Origin: the human T2T-CHM13v2.0 reference genome, Homo sapiens
DNA length: 64,000 nucleotides
Assembly: GCF_009914755.1 (NCBI RefSeq)
Contig: NC_060927.1
Strand: one strand, 5' to 3'
Positions 39,184 to 51,200 of this stretch are shown one piece after another. How positions within the stretch are numbered: the stretch's first letter is position 1; each line of letters begins with the position of its first letter. The translations under genes were made by a program, and so were the position numbers. The notes under the pieces were generated by a model. That model searched no databases. It saw only the letters and a program-made list of their open reading frames with translations, and was not told the origin of the DNA.

Positions 39184-39733
39184 TGTCAACCCAAAATATA
39201 TGAGACAGGCCTCAATAAATTTAGAAAGTGTATTTTGCCAGGGTTAAGGATGTGCCTGTGACACAGCCTCAGGAGTACCTGACGACCTGTGCCCATGGTG
39301 TTCAGGGCACAGCTTGGTTTTATACATATTACGGAGACATGAGACGTCAATCAATATGTGTAGATGTACATTGGTTCTGTCTGAAAAGGCGGGATAACTC
39401 AAAACGAGGAAGGGTGCTTCCAGGTCATAGGTAGGTAAGAGACAAATGGCTCTATTGTTTTGAGTCTCTAATTAACCTTTTACTAAAACAACAAGGCAGA
39501 GGAAGCAATCAGATATGCATTTTTGTCCCATGAGCAGGGGGATGACTTTGAGTTCTGTCTGCACAAGGAATTTGCTTGTGGGCAAATTGTGAGTGAGGCA
39601 CGTAGCTTTTTAATCTTTGTATCTTCCTATTTAGAAATAAAATGGGAGGTGGGTTTGCCTAATGCAGTCCCCAGCTTAACATTTCCCTTTGACTTAGTGA
39701 TTTCGAGGTCCTGAGATTTATTTTCCTTTCACA
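39184..39733 (-). mobile_element. Solo ERV1 LTR, MER4A-like
   Basis: TGTCAACCC...GTGACACAGCCTCAGGAG...GCTTGGTTTTATACAT...GAGATTTATTTTCCTTTCACA; exact 4-bp TSD ATTT (39180-39183, 39734-39737). Confidence 0.9.
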
Positions 39734-40046
39734 ATTTGTAACAAGGATTCCTTCCCAAGCTGGTCTCAACTCTTCATCTATACTAACTAAACAGTTTGGG
39801 AAATTCAGAGCACAGACATTAAATTGATGTGGTTCTTGGCTGGTGGCTTCCCTAGTGCCCAGTGGAAGCAAATGCAAATATTCTCTACAACAAAGCTCCT
39901 GATTGTTTAGGTTATTCCCATGGGTTAATTTCTGCCAAAGCATCAATTCACTGTAAAAAAATAACACACACTCACAGGGAAAAGCCAACATGAGCAACAG
40001 TAAAAGTAAAAAGTCCCCAGAAAACAAAAACCTCACAAAATTTAGA

Positions 40047-40128
40047 ACTGTGATTGGCAAATAAGCACCCATGGGGCATATTTAGCCTGCTGCCTGGTTT
40101 CATAAACAAATCTTTAATGGAACAAAGC
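40047..40128 (+). mobile_element. MER58-like hAT-Charlie MITE 5' fragment
   Basis: TTGGCAAATAAGCACCCATGGGGCATATTTAGCCTGCTGCCTGGTTTCATAAACAAATCTTTAATGGAACA. Confidence 0.55.
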
Positions 40129-40454
40129 AAGTTAGTAATAGAGTTATCCAAGAAGTATTCTGAAGGCACAATAATAGGAATGCCTATATTTTTGGAAGAA
40201 TCCAAAATTTGATTCATTATGTGTGTGTGTGTGTGTATACAACAAAGCATAGTAAGTTATGGCATAATAAAACTGCTGCATGGTATACTTATTTGTGAAG
40301 TATCTCATGTTGAATTTTATAAAATTACTTGACAAATAAGGGTGAAAGTGATGGGTGTAGTGTAATGAGGATCATTAGAGGTAGTGTCTCAGCTAAGTCA
40401 TAATAGAGAAGAAGCATAGCATTGGTTTGCAGTTAAGTGAGAATTCAAATCATT

Positions 40455-40775
40455 TATTAATTTATGGATTATATAAGTATTATATAAAATATCTGTATAC
40501 GTGTTATACAAATATTACATACATTATATGTATTTATATAATTCATTCAAATATATTATTATATTATTCCAGGCATTGTTACATATGTATGCATTATATA
40601 TGTATTATGCATATATAATGTATTATATATTATATGTATGTATATATTAGTAAGTCATTTTTTCACAATACTAGATATTAATAGCTATAATATATAATTA
40701 CATGTATATTAATCTTATGTTTTATAAACCAGAAAGGGAATTCATGAGTTTATTTATATAGATATATATCTTTAT
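40455..40775. repeat. AT-rich low-complexity, degenerate (TA)n
   Basis: Runs of TATA/TATG/ATTA with very few C/G. Confidence 0.8.
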
Positions 40776-40811
40776 AAGAAAGAAGTTCTATAGGAAGGTG
40801 CTTAGTGGCCT

Positions 40812-41214
40812 TGTATTAGTCCATTTTGCGTTGCTATAAGGGAAAACCTGAGACTGGGTAATTTATAAAGAAAAGAAAAGAGGTTTAATTGGCTCATGGT
40901 TCTGCAAGGCTGTGCAAGCAGGCACCGGCATCTGCTTGGCTTCTGGTGAGAGACTTCAGGGAGCTTTTACTCATGACAGAAGCCTGAGGGGGAGTAGGCA
41001 GACTGGTGATAGAGGGAGCAAGAGAGGGAAGGGGGAGATCCCAGGCTCTTTAAAAAAAACCAGATCTCCTGTGACCTGATTACCACAGAGAGGGTATCAA
41101 GCCATTCATGAGAAATCCACCCCATGACCAAACACCTCCAACTAGGCTCCACCTCCAACACTGGGGTCACATTTCAACATATGTTAGGAAAGGACAAATA
41201 TCCAAATTATATCA
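40812..41214 (-). mobile_element. Solo MaLR LTR (MSTA/MSTB)
   Basis: TGTATTAGTCCATTTTGCGTTGCTATAAGG...GGCATCTGCTTGGCTTCTGGTGAG...CCAAATTATATCA; exact 5-bp TSD GGCCT (40807-40811, 41215-41219). Confidence 0.93.
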
Positions 41215-41510
41215 GGCCTTATGATAAATACTTTTCTTCTTATTCATTGTAAGTTTTAAAATAATTGTTGTAAGGTTTTTTTTTAAATTTACTTTTTAAA
41301 AATTTCTGCTATATTCACATTCAAAAATTATATAAAAACATTAACTCTTCTGCATAGAATATAATGAGGTATCCAGATTAGTGTCAGCCTTGTATCCAAG
41401 AACCAGGTTCTTGACTTACTCTTGTGGAAAATGACTTCTCATTGAATCATAGAATGATTTCAAGCAGGCATTCATTATGATTTGATCTAATTTTTGAAAA
41501 GAAAGCTTTA

Positions 41511-42181
<671 letters not shown>

Positions 42182-42226
42182 TCATGCCCCACTGCATTTG
42201 CCTCAAAGCTTAGATTTAGCTCTAGC

Positions 42227-42282
<56 letters not shown>

Positions 42283-42345
42283 GTCATCTTTCATCTATCT
42301 ATATCTATCTATATCTTTCATCTGTCATCCATCTATCTATCTATC
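42227..42345. repeat. (CTAT)14 tetranucleotide STR with degenerate extension
   Basis: Perfect CTAT repeats 42227-42282 followed by interrupted TCTA/TCAT units. Confidence 0.95.
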
Positions 42346-43879
42346 ATCTCTGTCTCTCTTTCTCTCTCCATATGTATATATCCATAATCAAATGAGGTCA
42401 GACATTTCAGAAGTGTCTTCTCAAATACATGTATCCTTAACAGAGCCCTAGAGTCACTTTTTCACAGTCCATCACGTCTCTTTCAGCACTTCCCATCTTT
42501 AAACACTGCGAGCACTTCAGGCAAGGCCAGTGTAGCAAAAGTAAAATAAAATACCCTAAAGGATAATGCCAGGTTTGATTTGTTTTTGTGTTTTCCTTCT
42601 TCGAGTTGACATGTCCTGTCCCAATATTTGCTTTTGTTCTCACTTCCGATTTTGACGATGGCCATATACTGGACTCATAGCTTTAAGGATTTTTCTACAG
42701 CCCCCTTAAATCTCATTTTTGGTCGTTATCTTATATGACTCAATATACTACGTGTTCTCATTTCTGTTCCCTGCTTCTAGACTTATTGCTTTCCCAACGT
42801 GTATGTTCTGCTTGAGCATATTTTCTCATCTGGGGATATATAGCTTGAGTTTCTGGGATTGCTGATTTTTGATATTTTATATTTCCTGTTCTTTTAAAGT
42901 TATTTACCTTTACAATGAGCAAAAGATGTTTTAAAAATGACTCTTGAAACATAATCATTCCACTAGTCAAGACTTTCCATCATAAACCCTCTCTATCTCC
43001 TAATATTAAGCTACTCTTCTCTCTTGTGCGTTGCTCCTTTGCACATCTCAGTGTTGTGATCCTTTACAGCACTTACCTGATCACTGCTCTAATGTGACAG
43101 CACCTTCTACAGAGCCTTTGGCTTTAGAGTGAAATTTTACTGGAACTGTGTATATTTACATTTAATATGCTAGGAGAGAAGGAAGAAGACATCTAAACTT
43201 TACTTCTCCCTAGAGAATCTTCACATCGTTGCTCATTGTTTAATCTTTACTCTCTGAATTAAGTATGTTGTTAAAGCTATGTTATGTAAAGCAAGGAAAG
43301 GGAAAATTAGTTGTTTTTCTAAGAGAGAAGACAAAGATACAGAAAAGAAAAATAATGGGAAGAAAAAAGAGAAACATTTGTTAAATATAATGTATCTTCA
43401 TTTTTTTGCTTCACTGTCACAAATAATTGATCAGCTTACTTTTATTTTTTAACTCTCTAGGTGTAATATAGACCACTCTCAGATTTTAAAAGTAAGCAGG
43501 ACTGTGTACAGGAAAGGTTCTAATCATGGTTCAGGAGACAATCAGCTGTGAACTTGAAAAAGTGACTTTGACTTCTTGAGCCTTAGTTTTCTCAACTCTA
43601 AAATTATTTCCAAATTATATTACTGGGAATCTTGGATGTTTCATGGAAGGAGGTGTTTGGGGACCCATCCGCAATGATACTCACCAGAGTCACTATATGT
43701 TTAACTATTTAGATCTATTGTACATCTGCTTAAGAATTATTCTGGAGGAAAAACTCTACCACTAAAAATGTTGAAGCTATGCCTCTAGACAATCTAAATT
43801 TTCTTTCTCCAACATCTTTTGAGTCTATGAAAGCTACCACCTCAAGCGTTATTATAAAACAAGCTGTTGGTACCAAGTC

Positions 43880-44075
43880 ACTGATTTTCAAGTCTGTCTA
43901 CATATCAAAATCACTTTGGAGGTTGTTTGTTTGTTTTTAATAACAATTCCTACCTTTCCTTTCAAATTATCAAATCAGAGTCCTTATGGTGAGGGCTGGG
44001 CAACTGCAGTTTTTTTTGTTTTGTTTTAAACCTATCCTCAGGTCTTTCCCATTGCAAGCAATAGTAAAACCATTG
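43880..44075. mobile_element. MER5A-like hAT MITE (degraded); a second MER5-like piece at about 44405-44460
   Basis: CATATCAAAATCACTTTGGAGG...AAATCAGAGTCCTTATGGTGAGGGCTGGGCAACTGCAG; GACTCTGATTCAGTAGGTCTGGCATAGGCCCTAGG. Confidence 0.55.
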
Positions 44076-44639
44076 CCTAAGGACCAAAATGTGGACCTAA
44101 ACTCAAGAAGTCAAATGAGCCCTACCTGTACTTAATATAACTGATAAATTTTTATTGATGTAACAATTTATATAACAAATAAATTATTTTCGTATAACAA
44201 GAAGAATCTTCATATAACAAGAAGAATCATGATATATATGATAACAAGAAGAATCTTTATATATCTGCTATATAAATTTTTATATCAAAAACAATTTATC
44301 TGTTATAGCAAGTATAGGTACAAATTATATAACAATGTATATAACAGACAAATTCTTTTTGATGTAACAGATAACAATTTATATGCTTTACATATGTTAC
44401 CTATTCATCCTGAAGACTCTGATTCAGTAGGTCTGGCATAGGCCCTAGGAAAGTTTCGGAAATAAAGCATTAGAATACATTTTTTTTCAACTCTTTTCTT
44501 TGTAATGAGCTGTACTTGTAAATCACGTTTTCGTTTATTTGCTTGTTTTTGCCTTTCACACATATTGAGGGTTGTTGGGTGATCCAAAATTTAGCTAAAA
44601 TTCAAAATAGCTTTACTTAGTATTTAATTACAGATGCAT

Positions 44640-44860
44640 AATAGATAACACCTGTTGAATAATTGCTAGGTACTAGTGTCATAATTGTTTCTTAATGTAT
44701 TATTTTACCATCATAACAATTCTGTGAGTTAGCTCATTATCATGTCTATTTTACAGATGAGAAAATAAAAGCACAGTGTATACAATGCATAAACAGAAGC
44801 TTGCAAAACTAGCAAGTGTCAGACCCGAAATTCAAACCCAAACTCTTCCTTATAATACAC
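44640..44860 (-). mobile_element. MIR SINE
   Basis: CATAACAATTCTGTGAGTTAG...CTATTTTACAGATGAGAAAA...ATTCAAACCCA. Confidence 0.8.
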
Positions 44861-47287
44861 AGATTCTAATTTATTTTGTCTCACTTCAAAACGATTTGGA
44901 AAGTACTCCTCTGTGACAGTGCTGCCATCATCTGGCAAAGTACCCCCTTCACATGGGAAGAGAGGAGGTGAAGATAGATTAGCAGCAATTGATTCATAAG
45001 GCTAAGTGTTACATAAGACGTTTACTCAGACCCCTGGACAGGTAGTATCTTGGGGATGGGAGAGGTAAGGGACAAAAGTAAATTTGTTATTTACTCACTA
45101 TTTATTTCCACAGGAGCATGGAAACATGCTATGGTTAAAGAACATTTAATAAGCAGCAAGAATGAAGTTTTTGGTTCAGACTTTACTTAGGGACAGAATT
45201 CAGAGAAGCTTCTTGTATTTCATATTATTATAAAGGGAAATTTTAAAACTTTATCCAATTTTATAATTTGCTGGAAACATCGAAACTTGGAATTAGACAA
45301 CAGTCTGTAAATTTGCAAAACCACATTATACAAATCTTTCCTCTACAATGTCTAAGCAGAAAATATTCTTTTATAATATGGAAAGAAAATTTTGTGTACA
45401 TGAGGACTGATTATTTAGGCTTCTTTTGCTAATCTTACTTTGGCTTGTTAGTCGAAAATTGCACAATTAAATATTCTTTGAAAGCAGTTCCATAGCTTGA
45501 AAATATGCTTGTCTTGGACTCCCTGTAACTTCTTGCCTCTATATTACATTAAATGTTGTTAAAACATTTTAAGAAAAAAATGAATCGAGGGTGTGTCTAG
45601 TCTTTGGTGCGAATTGGTATTATTTGGTCTATGAAACAGTGAGATCAAGGAAGAAGTTGAGCTTCCATCTGATGCTTAGGAAAGCCTACCCTTCCAATTT
45701 GAGTGACTTTATTGATTTCTAGCCCTGGATTTGAGAAGAATGTTTGTAACGTGTATATTATTTTCCTTTGGATGGAGTCATTTTAAGAACATTCTTGCTT
45801 CAATAGATTTGATCAGATAGATGTCCATACCCTCAGTTCTCTGAAAGCTGTCGTGACTGGCTTTTTCTATAAATTAATTGTGGAGAATGTCTTGACAGTG
45901 TATATGTCATGCTTTTTATACTCCACTTTGCCCCACCCCTTCAATAATGTTTTTTTTCCTTGGCTTATCTCTTGCAATGGTCTCCAAGTTGGTGAGAATG
46001 TACAATTTTTGTCAAATAAATGCTAAATGGCCACCAATCCCTCTAATGCTTGAGCTCAGAATACAAATGACCCTGCAGTCCCTCTCTTTTCAAGTCAACT
46101 CTTGGGCTCTTTTCAGATTCTATCTGGGCAGGTTTTATGATTCACCTATTTTCTCTCATATCAGCCTGAAAATTCCTGGCATTCACACAATTTTAACTTG
46201 ATTAAAATTTGGCCTAAATATGTCGGCTGTTCTTTTGGCACAATATATTACCAAGGTGGTAAGGGAAATAAAAGTACTACCTGCAATTTCTCTTAAGTTT
46301 GTTGAATGGTGGACTGTGTGGTATATATCTGTGTGAGTATGTTTTTTCCCAATTAGCATATACAAATCTGATTTATTTGCTCTTAAAGTGCCATAGAACT
46401 GTTCTGTATGACAACTGTTTATTTGGAATTATTTAATTCAATGAATGTAAACTGATGCATAAAATGATTTACTTGGATGAAAGATAATTATGTGACTAAA
46501 GATCCTGATTAATTGTATTATTCAATTCACATCAAATCTGAATCTAAAATGTGAAACCATTTTATTCCATTTAAATGGGGGGGAACTAGGATCATTTTTT
46601 TAAGAAATGAGAGTTGAAGACAGGGCCTTTGTTGCTATGATTATGCTTGTGATTTTAATTGCCAAGATATTCATGTTTGAAAAGGATCTGCTGTCAAAGC
46701 AAAGAAGCAGTAAATGTTCATAACACTTTTCTACAATGGCAATTACATTGACAATCCATTTTGAGAATAACCATAATGGTTCCATTTAGCGTGTGTTCTG
46801 TGAAAGAGCATCAGGGTCAATATCATGCCTATGAAAACTTCTGATATAACAGATACTTCTATTATGTCATTTCCATTGATGTTATGGAAGGAAAAATGGA
46901 GACCTGAACCCTGAAATAATGGAACAGGAAAAGAGCCTTTTATTATGCTACTATTATCACATCTGAGAGGCACTCTGGTGGGAAGCCATGCAGCAGAAAC
47001 TTCTATTTGAACTTTTTAATGCTGTTTTTTAGAAAATTGAAAAGGGGTGGGGAAAACATTGATTTGAAAAAAATACACGAAGACACTCTGGGAAAATGTT
47101 GAGTTGTAAAGTCAAATTAGTGACCTAACTCTCTATTATTTCTTTAATGAAGTATTGCTTGGAGACTAGAGGAAGGATAAAATGAACTTTCTGACCCATT
47201 TTGATTCTCAAATGATCTGATACAGACAAGCTTTTTAAAAACCGAGAGCAATTAACATCAGCCTTGAAATAAAAACTAAACCAAAAT

Positions 47288-47292
<5 letters not shown>

Positions 47293-47325
<33 letters not shown>
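47293..47325. repeat. (AC)n microsatellite
   Basis: About 16 perfect AC units. Confidence 0.95.
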
Positions 47326-47328
<3 letters not shown>

Positions 47329-47520
47329 AAATAATCCCAATTAGTTTACTGAACTCCAAAATATTTTAAATAGTTTTGTCTTGCTACTTTCAAGAACACT
47401 GAAAGTGAAAGCTTTTAGAAGCGAGGTCAAGAGAGGCAAGAAACATTCCTAGACTTCTGCTCTTCCCTTTCAAGGTGGAGGGAGTAAGCCCTAAGGACAG
47501 TCTGGCATGTACGTACCTAT

Positions 47521-48022
47521 GTTGGTGTGCTTTCGCGAGCCTCCCTGGCTCAGGAGGGTCAATTTTTAATTTTCAGAAAATTTGCAATTCAGTTGTTCAA
47601 CAAAACCATAATTTGAAAATAAACTATGTAAATATGAAATTAAATGATATTGAAAACAAAAGTAATAAATATTCAAACTCATCTTTTTCCAATTAGTTTA
47701 TTATATTTTATGACTATCTATGCCCTTGAGGTCATTTATATTTATTGTATCTGTATGTAGAAGATACCATAGAATGGTATGCTACTGCACATTTCTTCCC
47801 AGCACTGTATTATGATGTCTTGGTAGCTTGAAACTAAAAATGGTGAGAGTATTTGAAAATGGTCAAGGTAGTAGTATTTACACCACAGATATCAGATATC
47901 GGCAAATGCTACAAAGTCTTGATTTACTGTTTTGTTGATGGTCTAGACTTAAGAAAGTGCTATATGATGTTAATAATTCAGATTAAATTTAAAAGTGTGT
48001 GGTGTGTATAGCTATTACATTG
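47521..48022 (+). mobile_element. MER63 (hAT-Blackjack) DNA transposon, 5' part
   Basis: TGGTGTGCT...AATTTTCAGAAAATTTGC...AAAACAAAAGTAATAAATATTCAAACTCATC...TGCTACTGCACATTTCTTCCCA...TTGGTAGCTTGAAA...GTATTTACACCAC. Confidence 0.85.
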
Positions 48023-48024
48023 CT

Positions 48025-48560
48025 TATAAGTCTGTAGGTTGCCTGAGAGTTAACTGCTGTAGGCTGAGCTCAGCTGATCTTGGCTGGGCTCTCATGTGTC
48101 CACAGGCTGGTTGGAAGCTTTGTTTTAGTAAAGGCTGAGCAAAGCCAGCTTATATACAGCAGCTCTGCTTCTCACGTAAGGCTATTTGGGACACCTTTGG
48201 TTAAGGCCCTTTTTTTCATTCTGGTCATTGAAAGCAGCCTAGTAAGTACAGGCTTATATACGTATGCTGCATGGTATGCCTCCTTTCCCTGGGTGTGCAG
48301 ACTTGCTGGGAGGGCTCTTAGGGAATGTAGATATGTATTTGTTTGGCATATAGGTGTTGTTCTGAAACCAGTAGGCAAACCCAGGCATGTCTTTTGATGG
48401 CCATGGCTTTTTTAAGCATCTACTTAACAAAACGTTTGCTAATGTTTCACTAGGCAAAGCCAGCAATACCATTTAACCCAGACTCATAAAATAGGGAAAT
48501 ATGCTATACCCATAGGGAGAGGGCATTGTAAAGGCTTTTTGGTAAAGAAGTGTACGTGAG
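48025..48560 (-). mobile_element. MLT1 (F/G/H-like) LTR fragment interrupted by a ~170-bp insert (48178-48346)
   Basis: GCTGATCTTGGCTGGGCTCTCATGTGTC...CAGCTCTGCTTCTCACGT | insert | ACCAGTAGGCAAACCCAGGCATGTC...TTTGCTAATGTTTCACTAGGCAAAGC. Confidence 0.65.
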
Positions 48561-48599
48561 GGAAGTGAGTATGTGAGGCTAATGCCACCTACCTCAGAC

Positions 48600-49560
48600 A
48601 CTGAGGCTGAATGACCAATAGCATTGGAAGAAAACAGAGAACGTGCTGTCCTGGAGGCAAATGAAGAACATATATGAAGGAAAACATGATCTTCTATGTG
48701 AAATGTTGCTAATAGGTCAAGTAAGATGAGCACTGAGCATTGAATGTTAGAAGCCATTAGTGACCTTTACAACAGTTTCGGTACAGTGATGGGGATGAAA
48801 TTCTGATTGGTGTAGATTTAGGAGAGAATGGAAGGAAATTGGAAAGAATGATTATAAAATAATATTTTCATGGATTTTAGCTGCAAAGGAGCATAGGAAG
48901 GATAGACTAGTACCTGCCTGAGATTGGGGTCAGAAAAGATTTTGAAGTTATTTTATTTATTTTAATGTGAGATAAATAATAGCAAGTTTTATATGTGGTG
49001 AGAATCACTCAGAAGATTGCTGCTCTGCAGCAGGGGTCCCCAGACCCCTGGCTGTGGACCAATACTGATCTGTGGCCTGTTAGGAACCAGATTGCACAGC
49101 AGGAGGTGAGCAGCGGGCAAGTGAGCATTACCACCTGAGCTCCACGTCCTGTCAGGTCAATGGTGGCACTAGATTCTCATAGGAATGCAAACCCTCTGTG
49201 AACATTGCATGTGAGGGATCTATGTTGTGTGCTTCTTACGAGAATGTAACTAATGCCTGATGATCTGAGGTGAAAGAGTTCCACCTGAAACCATCCCCCT
49301 CCACCTGCTGGTCTGTGGAAAAATTTTTTCTTCCATGAAACTGGTCCCTGGTGTCACAAAGTTGAGGACCACTGCTCTACATAGAGCAGAGTATTGTTGG
49401 CATGAAGTTTTTGCATAAGCAGAAGAGAGAGAATCTGGTACACAGTTGGAGATTTGTCTTTAGGTGGATCCTGGGGAGTTTATAGTAGCAGAAGAGAGGG
49501 TAGAATATGCTGGTATTGAAGAAACGTGGTTATGTGAGTCTAAAGAAGCTCCACAGACTT
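48600..49560 (-). mobile_element. L2 fragments, split by MER1B
   Basis: AAATGTTGCTAATAGGTCAAGTAAGATGAGCACTGAG...AGCCATTAGTGACCTT...TTTAGCTGCAAAGGAG. Confidence 0.65.
49031..49374 (+). mobile_element. MER1B (hAT-Charlie MITE), full length
   Basis: CAGGGGTCCCCAGACCCCTGG...GCACAGCAGGAGGTGAGC...TAGATTCTCATAGGA...GAAACTGGTCCCTGGTG...GTTGAGGACCACTG; degenerate 8-bp TSD CTCTGCAG / CTCTACAT. Confidence 0.92.
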
Positions 49561-50025
49561 CTAAATTCTGGAATTGTGTGATGTAAAACAGAAAGGACTA
49601 TTAGCATAATTATCTACAGCTGATAACATTACTGTATTATTACTACTGAATCGTATCCTCCCAAAATTTTCACTTTCTTTGGCAACTCTCAGTTTTTCTT
49701 TTTGTGATTTTCAGCTAGCATATGTATACACTGGGTGTCAGCATAAAAATGTTCCTCCCTCTGCTCCAAGGACAAAAAATCATATTAAAGCACATTCATT
49801 TCTAAATGTTGCTTTATACCTGAGAGTTTAAAAGTATTTTTATACCAACTGAAACCAAATTCATGGTTGAAATTACTCTTGAAGTATCTCTTCAGGATTT
49901 AACATCTGAAACATTCATTGACATGAATCAACCACTGATAGCGATTGGCTATTAAGTTTTCTTTTTTGCAGTAACTAGGGCTTGACTGACTCAATGGATA
50001 AGAAGCCCCAAGTACTTGTAGCAGT

Positions 50026-50079
50026 CACACACACACACACACACACACACGCGCACACACACACACACACACACAAACA
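50026..50079. repeat. Interrupted (CA)n microsatellite
   Basis: CA run with an internal GCGC interruption. Confidence 0.95.
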
Positions 50080-50530
50080 CTAAATTAGGAGAAAAATAAA
50101 AGCTAAGGATGAACAAAACATCTCAATATCATAAGACCTAAGTGGAATTTGCTAAAGAATGCTATTTGTTCTCCTTATTATGAATTTTATTTTCAAAAAG
50201 CAACAAAAACTGTAACTGTTCTCAAGTATTGCAGTATTTAACTAGAGCCTTTTCATATTAAAGTTGCAGAATCTATACTTTATTATTTTTTTTATTCTGC
50301 CAGAAATGAAAGTGGCCTCTAGCAATAGTCAGGGGTGACCTTGTTTTCGGACCAGATTGCTTAGCCCAGTGTTTGAATGAAAACAGATAATGCTACGATG
50401 TAAATCTGTTCTAATAATAAAAAATTGGAGATAGTGAAAGGTGACAGATGGATTTCAAACTAAAGTTATAAAGAAATCCATCCTCCATGAGTTTTGGCAT
50501 TTAAACAACAAATTCTATGCCAGGGATAAG

Positions 50531-50706
50531 AAGGGCATTTGGGACACCTTTGGCCAAGGCTCTTCTCTTCATTCCGGTCATTGAAACCATCCTAGTGACT
50601 ACAGGATTACATACCTATGCTGCATGGTATGACCTCAGCCTGACTCCTTTGCCAAGCTGTGCAGACTTGCTGCGAGGGCTCTCAGGGCCCTTAGGTATTT
50701 GTTTGG
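50531..50706 (+). repeat. Second copy of the segment at 48178-48346 (dispersed direct repeat)
   Basis: Both copies share ATTTGGGACACCTTTGG, GGTCATTGAAA, TATGCTGCATGGTATG, TGTGCAGACTTGCTG.GAGGGCTCT and GTATTTGTTTGG. Confidence 0.92.
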
Positions 50707-50969
50707 GTAGAGATACCACAATGTTTTCTAGCTCTGTCTTGTAGCCTGCTATTAAGAAATCATTTGAATGACTGCTTTAAAGCTGAGCTGTCTTTGAAAA
50801 AATTTTGAAATTTATGTCTTTTACCAAAAAAAGGCATAACCTTTAAAATTAAAACCAGCCTTCCAAATGAGCTAAAACTATTTTCTCTTCATTTTGACTA
50901 ATGAAGTCATGTACCATATACCTTTTGCCAAGTCATGTATAAGGAAAATAAAATAGAGTTTCCTTAGAA

Positions 50970-51200
50970 AGGAACTGGGCAGTTATATGCCAAGATTGTT
51001 CATGACAATGTCTGGAGACATTTTTTGTTTGTCAAAATGATGTAGAGAACTTGCTCCTGACCTCTGGTGGGTGGAGGCCAGAGATGCTTCTATACATTCT
51101 ACAATATATAAGACCCCTCCACCATTCCCATACCATCACCAGGAGAAAAAATTATCTAGCCCAAAATATCAAAGGCTCTTGCTGAGCTTGAGGAACTCTC
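50970..51200 (+). mobile_element. MER20 (hAT-Charlie MITE)
   Basis: CAATGTCTGGAGACATTTTTTGTTTGTCA...GGGTGGAGGCCAGAGATGCT...AATTATCTAGCCCAAAAT. Confidence 0.85.

Noticed and set aside
48080-50744. Paralogous small membrane-protein genes (ORFs 48080-48397 and 50517-50744)
   Set aside because: Similarity is confined to the duplicated DNA, substitutions show no clear synonymous bias, the frames diverge after an indel and one ORF begins in LTR sequence.
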